From a virus, in the IMG/VR virus record IMGVR_UViG_3300045988_021519, positions 1 to 37,044 of that record: DNA of 37,044 nt; one strand, given 5' to 3'. Positions 33,696 through 37,044 of the stretch are shown here, piece by piece. Under the pieces are notes generated by a model that did no database searches, was not told the DNA's origin, and worked only from the letters and a program-made list of their open reading frames with translations. Positions within the stretch are counted from its first letter, which is position 1; each line of letters starts with the position of its first letter. The position numbers and the translations under genes were made by a program.

Positions 33696-34133
33696 ATGGC
33701 ATACCCGATCCAATTACTACGAGATTTGTTTACGATTGCGAAGGACGTTAAGGACAGCGACATTGAGAAGGCATTTTACGAGGCCGACATGCTTGATATG
33801 TCACCGCAGCTCCACCGATCGTATGAAGAGATACCGCCGGAATACTTAATTGACACCCCGGCGCGTACAGGAGCTAATAAAGTATTGTGCTACTATGCCT
33901 TTGCCCGTTACTTGCAGACAAGCGAGCAGCAGAGCACGGCGAGCGGCCTAAAAATACAAAACTATGGAGGCAGCTACGTTCTGGCTGACGACAACAAAGC
34001 AAAGCGGTTTGAGGCGGAACGCGGCAAGGCTGATTTATTTATAGTCCCTTTAATCAAGGCGTTTAAAGACGCTAAACTGATTGAGGAGGAATGTTCACAC
34101 AGGGTACAATCTAGGATATGTTTAATAAAATAA
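33696..34133 (+). CDS. putative head-completion/adaptor protein
   Basis: 145 aa, 1 nt after the portal-like gene. Called on position and size only. Confidence 0.45.
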   Translation: MAYPIQLLRDLFTIAKDVKDSDIEKAFYEADMLDMSPQLHRSYEEIPPEYLIDTPARTGANKVLCYYAFARYLQTSEQQSTASGLKIQNYGGSYVLADDNKAKRFEAERGKADLFIVPLIKAFKDAKLIEEECSHRVQSRICLIK

Positions 34134-34660
34134 TGGATGGGGTTTTTGATACGGCGCGCGTCGCGTCTCTAGCTTTCCTGCTAACCGTTACTAATGATGT
34201 GATGACGTTCTTCGTTTTGATCGTTTTGTTTGGCACGTTGAATTTTATAGTAGGACTTATCGCGGGCTTACGGGCTGGTGAAAAATATAGTCATAAAAAG
34301 GCTTTCCACGCCTTTTTCGAGTATGCGATCGCGGCTATTGTGATTCTATTCACAGCAGCAGGCGCACAGCTTATCGAGCCGGAGGGGAACTATACGGACT
34401 TATTACGATTACTAACCACGCTTTTCGCGCTTGTGTATTCTAAAAATATTATCCGTAACTTTAAGAAGATCCAGCCGGATAACGAATTTATAGCGGTACT
34501 GGATATTCTGATTAATACTAAATATTTGGACTTTATAAAAAACTTGAAAAATGCGAAATTTTACAATTCAAGAGCTAACCGCGTCAACGGCGGCGGAAGC
34601 GAAGAAGATCAACAACGATCCGACACCGGAAGCAGTGGAGAATCTGAAACTGTTAGTTGA
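34118..34660 (+). CDS. putative holin (multi-pass membrane protein)
   Basis: It has 3-4 hydrophobic helices (LAFLLTVTNDVMTFFVLIVLFGTLNFIVGLIAGL; AIAAIVILFTAAGAQLI; LLRLLTTLFALVY), a charged C-terminal tail, and lies directly upstream of the endolysin. An alternative start at ATG 34133 is possible. The 3' end overlaps the endolysin gene by 110 nt. Confidence 0.55.
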   Translation: MFNKIMDGVFDTARVASLAFLLTVTNDVMTFFVLIVLFGTLNFIVGLIAGLRAGEKYSHKKAFHAFFEYAIAAIVILFTAAGAQLIEPEGNYTDLLRLLTTLFALVYSKNIIRNFKKIQPDNEFIAVLDILINTKYLDFIKNLKNAKFYNSRANRVNGGGSEEDQQRSDTGSSGESETVS

Positions 34661-34949
34661 TAACGTGTTAGACCCTCTTAGGGACGCGTACGGCAAACCG
34701 ATCATTGTTACAAGCGGATATAGATCGCCCGCCCTTAACAAGGCGGTGAAAGGCTCTAAAACGTCGCAGCACATGAAGGGGCAAGCGGCAGACATAACAG
34801 GAGGTAGCAAACAGGAGAATAAGAAACTCTTTGAGCTGGCGCAAAAACTCAATTTGCCATATTGCCAGCTTATCGACGAGAAAAGTTTTTCATGGGTGCA
34901 TATCTCATACGATAAGAACAATGTGAAACGCCAAATACTTCACCTATGA
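34551..34949 (+). CDS. endolysin, peptidase M15 (VanY/M15A-like zinc D-Ala-D-Ala carboxypeptidase fold)
   Basis: FTIQELTAS start; VTSGYRSPALN; zinc ligands SQHMKGQAAD (H-x6-D) and SWVHISY. Confidence 0.85.
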   Translation: MRNFTIQELTASTAAEAKKINNDPTPEAVENLKLLVDNVLDPLRDAYGKPIIVTSGYRSPALNKAVKGSKTSQHMKGQAADITGGSKQENKKLFELAQKLNLPYCQLIDEKSFSWVHISYDKNNVKRQILHL

Positions 34950-35533
34950 AAATAACGCTTAATAAGATATTGATGTGTTTAGCGGTCCTTCTAGCCATTT
35001 TATTGTACGCATCATATAAGACAGTACAAAAACAGAGAAAAGAGCTAGAACGGCAGGAAAACAACCTCACCGTGCTTAACACCGAGGCCGTAGCGTTCAA
35101 GACTACGGCGGGCGATTATGCAGAACAGGCCAGGCAGCTAAGACTAGAGAAGGACGAGCTAGAACTATATAACGCCGATCTATATAATAAGGTACGCGAG
35201 GCGGGAATAAAGATAAGAGAGCTTAAGAACGCCACAAGGGCCGAGGCAGTTACCAAGGTGGACACCGTGGTTAAGACGGAATACCGGGACGGAAACAAGG
35301 AAAACAGGCTAGCCCACTACTTCGACGGGTGGAATGATATACAAGTTGAATCCAAACCGGACACAACAATTATAAAATCTAGTAGTGTTGACACGATCGA
35401 CGTGATCGGATCAGTCAAACAAAAGCGGTTTTTATTCTTCCGGATCGGAAAACCGAAACAAACTATAACCGTATCGAATAAAAACCCAAAATCTAAAATA
35501 CACGTAGAATTCTCGGCAGAATTCGACAGATAA
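34946..35533 (+). CDS. putative spanin-like lysis accessory protein (N-terminal membrane anchor plus coiled coil)
   Basis: ATGA overlap with the endolysin gene. It has a membrane anchor ILMCLAVLLAILLYA and then a long charged helix (QKQRKELERQENN...LRLEKDELELYNADLYNKVREAGIKIRELK). Confidence 0.5.
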   Translation: MKITLNKILMCLAVLLAILLYASYKTVQKQRKELERQENNLTVLNTEAVAFKTTAGDYAEQARQLRLEKDELELYNADLYNKVREAGIKIRELKNATRAEAVTKVDTVVKTEYRDGNKENRLAHYFDGWNDIQVESKPDTTIIKSSSVDTIDVIGSVKQKRFLFFRIGKPKQTITVSNKNPKSKIHVEFSAEFDR

Positions 35534-35535
35534 CG

Positions 35536-35568
35536 CCTTTCATCTTTTATAAATGCCCTTTCATCTTT
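35536..35568 (+). repeat. Direct repeat CCTTTCATCTTT x2, 21 bp apart
   Basis: 35536-35547 and 35557-35568 are identical 12-mers, in non-coding DNA directly after the last late gene. Confidence 0.85.
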
Positions 35569-35583
35569 CGCACTTGAAAACCT

Positions 35584-35614
35584 AAAACGCTGATTCATAA
35601 CGAGTTGGCGTTTT
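35584..35614 (+). terminator. Weak terminator-like hairpin after the late operon
   Basis: AAAACGC (35584-35590) pairs with GCGTTTT (35608-35614) across a 17-nt loop. A marginal call. Confidence 0.3.
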
Positions 35615-35617
35615 TGC

Positions 35618-35841
35618 ATGTAAATAATTAAAATTTGTATCTTTCACACTTAACCCACTAATAACTAGTACTTTATCTATCAATATATATCTAATGTAAA
35701 AGATGTAAAGATAATATATAGAGCTAACAGAGAAATATTAGATTATATATAAAATATGTAAATATATGAATTAATATGTGAATGAATTTATAGAAATATT
35801 TAAATATAAACTAATAGAGAAACTATCCCTTACCTTTACAT
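35618..35841. repeat. AT-rich non-coding element, copy B (paralogue of 15839..16064)
   Basis: It has the same ordered conserved blocks and offsets as copy A. ATGTAAA-type boxes are at 35618, 35694, 35703 and 35756 (forward) and 35834-35841 (inverted). Confidence 0.85.
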
Positions 35842-35960
35842 TTCACCTGTTTTTTCCACTTAACTAGCTGATACGCACACAGTTAGGGCGTTAAACATCC
35901 GCTTAAAAAGGGCTATTCGTTGTTTACGCTGTTATCAAACCTTCAAAACCGTTAATCAGA

Positions 35961-36021
35961 GTTAAAATACTAAAGTTTTTTGGGAAATAGTTTTGTAGTT
36001 CAAAATAAAGCTGTACCTTTG
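35961..36021 (+). promoter_or_regulatory. Bacteroidota-type promoter cassette, copy 3 (early promoter)
   Basis: TTTG 35992-35995, an 18-nt spacer, TACCTTTG 36014-36021. Homologous to 6861-6921. Confidence 0.7.
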
Positions 36022-36037
36022 TAACATCGAAAGAGAA

Positions 36038-36223
36038 ATGAGAGCGCCGCCAATCGTAACCAAAGGGCGCGAGACAGGAAACACGGATGGTATCCTAGTT
36101 CATTTGAAAAGACGGTGCGGTTTCCGCTTAATTGAAGCTATAAAGCCCGAATCTCAATCGATAAAACAACTGAAAAGCCTACTAAATTTGTTGAACTATT
36201 CCGATACCGGAGAATCGTTTTAA
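36038..36223 (+). CDS. possible first early protein (61 aa); coding status uncertain
   Basis: The ATG lies 17 nt after the -7 box. The ORF has no recognisable features, and the region also contains several short GC hairpins, so it could be a structured leader instead. Confidence 0.35.
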   Translation: MRAPPIVTKGRETGNTDGILVHLKRRCGFRLIEAIKPESQSIKQLKSLLNLLNYSDTGESF

Positions 36224-36235
36224 ACATTACTAGAT

Positions 36236-36565
36236 ATGGCAGCAATAGACATTTATAAGTTAGAAGCGTTCTTTTATAAGATTATACGGGAGAAGGTTAA
36301 AGCGTGCAAAACGATAGGCGAGGCTACAATGCTATACGGCTATCCGGGCAACTCGAAAATAGTGTTCGATGATTTGCAACGAGAAGAAGAAGCCGGAAAA
36401 AAGTTTAAATATAAAATCCGAGGCTTCATAATTCCACACGCCAAACGTTACGAAACTATTTTCGAACAGGCCCGGTGCGCCGCTTATTCCGATCACGTAC
36501 AAACCTATCGAACGTCTGACAAATTGAGTTTTAAATTTAATGAAAAAATGAAATGGAAAAAGTAG
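36236..36565 (+). CDS. hypothetical early protein (109 aa)
   Basis: ORF in the early operon; its 3' end overlaps the next gene by 13 nt. Confidence 0.6.
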   Translation: MAAIDIYKLEAFFYKIIREKVKACKTIGEATMLYGYPGNSKIVFDDLQREEEAGKKFKYKIRGFIIPHAKRYETIFEQARCAAYSDHVQTYRTSDKLSFKFNEKMKWKK

Positions 36566-36732
36566 AACTTATCACAGTGGCGGAAGCCGCCCGGTTAGCG
36601 GAGTGCACCGAAAATGCTGTACGCTACCAGCTCAACGCCGGAAAACTCACACGGTACGAGAATGGGACGGGCAAAATCAGAGTGAACAAAAATGAACTAT
36701 TAGAAACAATTTTTAATTTTAAGAAAAAATGA
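36553..36732 (+). CDS. excisionase-type (HTH_17/MerR-like) DNA-binding protein (59 aa)
   Basis: MEKVELITVAEAARLAECTENAVRYQLNAGKLTRYENGTGKIRVNKNELLETIF matches the classic L(T/S)..EAA..L......V....+.G.L........+I...+L pattern. The stop overlaps the next ATG (ATGA). Below the track size cutoff. Confidence 0.75.
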   Translation: MEKVELITVAEAARLAECTENAVRYQLNAGKLTRYENGTGKIRVNKNELLETIFNFKKK

Positions 36733-37044
36733 AAGTAGTAATCGAATTAATCGGAAATGAGAGTAGAGAAAGTTTGTTGGCAACGTCTAATTATTTGCGC
36801 GAGCTGGCGGGAGAAACCATACCGGAAGTAACGGAACGTAAAACCGATCTTGACAAGTTAGCGGACGCTGTTGTAGAAGCAACAAAAGTGGAGGCAGAAG
36901 AGAAGCCTAAAACAGTGTCCGAAATGGTAGAATCTGAACGCGCAAAAACCCGCGCTAAACGTTCGGCAGAAGCAGCAGCAGAAGCCAAGGCAGCAGAAGC
37001 CAAGGCAGCAGAAGCCAAGGCAGCAGAAGCCAAGGCAGCAGAAG
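36729..37044 (+). CDS. 5' part of the wrap-around (AAEAK)n protein gene (continues at 1..401)
   Basis: ATG 36729, MKVVIELIGNESRESLLATSNYLRELAGE...SERAKTRAKRSAEAAAEAKAAEAK..., open to the last base of the window. Confidence 0.75.
   Translation, partial: MKVVIELIGNESRESLLATSNYLRELAGETIPEVTERKTDLDKLADAVVEATKVEAEEKPKTVSEMVESERAKTRAKRSAEAAAEAKAAEAKAAEAKAAEAKAAE
36966..37044 (+). repeat. Start of the coding 15-nt tandem repeat that continues at 1..212
   Basis: Four full CAGCAGAAGCCAAGG units plus 9 nt. The stretch 36991-37044 is identical to 1-54. Confidence 0.95.

Noticed and set aside
36553-36732. Excisionase-type HTH as evidence for a temperate lifestyle
   Set aside because: No integrase, recombinase, repressor or attP-like feature is present anywhere in the closed genome. 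The fold is also widely used by plain transcription regulators.
36791-37033. 80-aa minus-strand ORF at the window end (MASAALASAALASAAL...)
   Set aside because: It is the antisense of the (AAEAK)n coding repeat. The + frame continues in phase across the window junction and ends in a proper domain and stop.

Overview
The 37,044-nt window reads as one complete tailed dsDNA phage genome (Caudoviricetes, siphovirus-like). The host is very probably a member of the Bacteroidota. About 55 credible genes all lie on the + strand, many joined by 1-4 nt start/stop overlaps. The window ends join in frame inside a coding 15-bp tandem repeat, and the last 54 nt equal the first 54 nt, so the molecule is circular or circularly permuted. 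Layout in order: an early promoter near 36.0 kb; small early genes plus an HTH protein; a wrap-around (AAEAK)n protein; then a replication cassette (Cas4-like DUF2800 exonuclease, DUF2815 SSB-like protein, family A DNA polymerase, VirE/D5-type primase-helicase). Two blocks of small unknown genes follow, each behind a copy of the same promoter cassette (6.9 and 9.1 kb). They include a VRR-NUC nuclease, two unrelated N6-adenine methyltransferases and an SNF2 helicase. Tandem terminators sit at 15.6 kb. The late region (16.2-35.5 kb) carries TerS, TerL, a beta-helix fibre-like protein, a BACON-repeat tail protein, a Dit-like protein, tape measure, scaffold, major capsid, three tandem paralogues, a portal-like protein, holin, M15 endolysin and a spanin-like protein. 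I saw no integrase, repressor, tRNA, rRNA, CRISPR array or transposase. Host inference rests on repeated -33 TTTG / -7 TAnnTTTG promoters, BACON domains and an AMA|Q signal-peptide site. The most unusual feature is a pair of collinear, roughly 225-bp, extremely AT-rich non-coding elements with conserved ATGTAAA boxes. They occupy the only two large intergenic regions, directly upstream of the late and early operons. Other points worth a second look: an intergenic hairpin repeat with compensatory base changes, an exactly duplicated 44-nt promoter/leader, three tandem structural paralogues, a tail gene order reversed without strand inversion, and small paralogue pairs next to the two methyltransferases. 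All functional calls come from motif recognition by eye; no database search was run.
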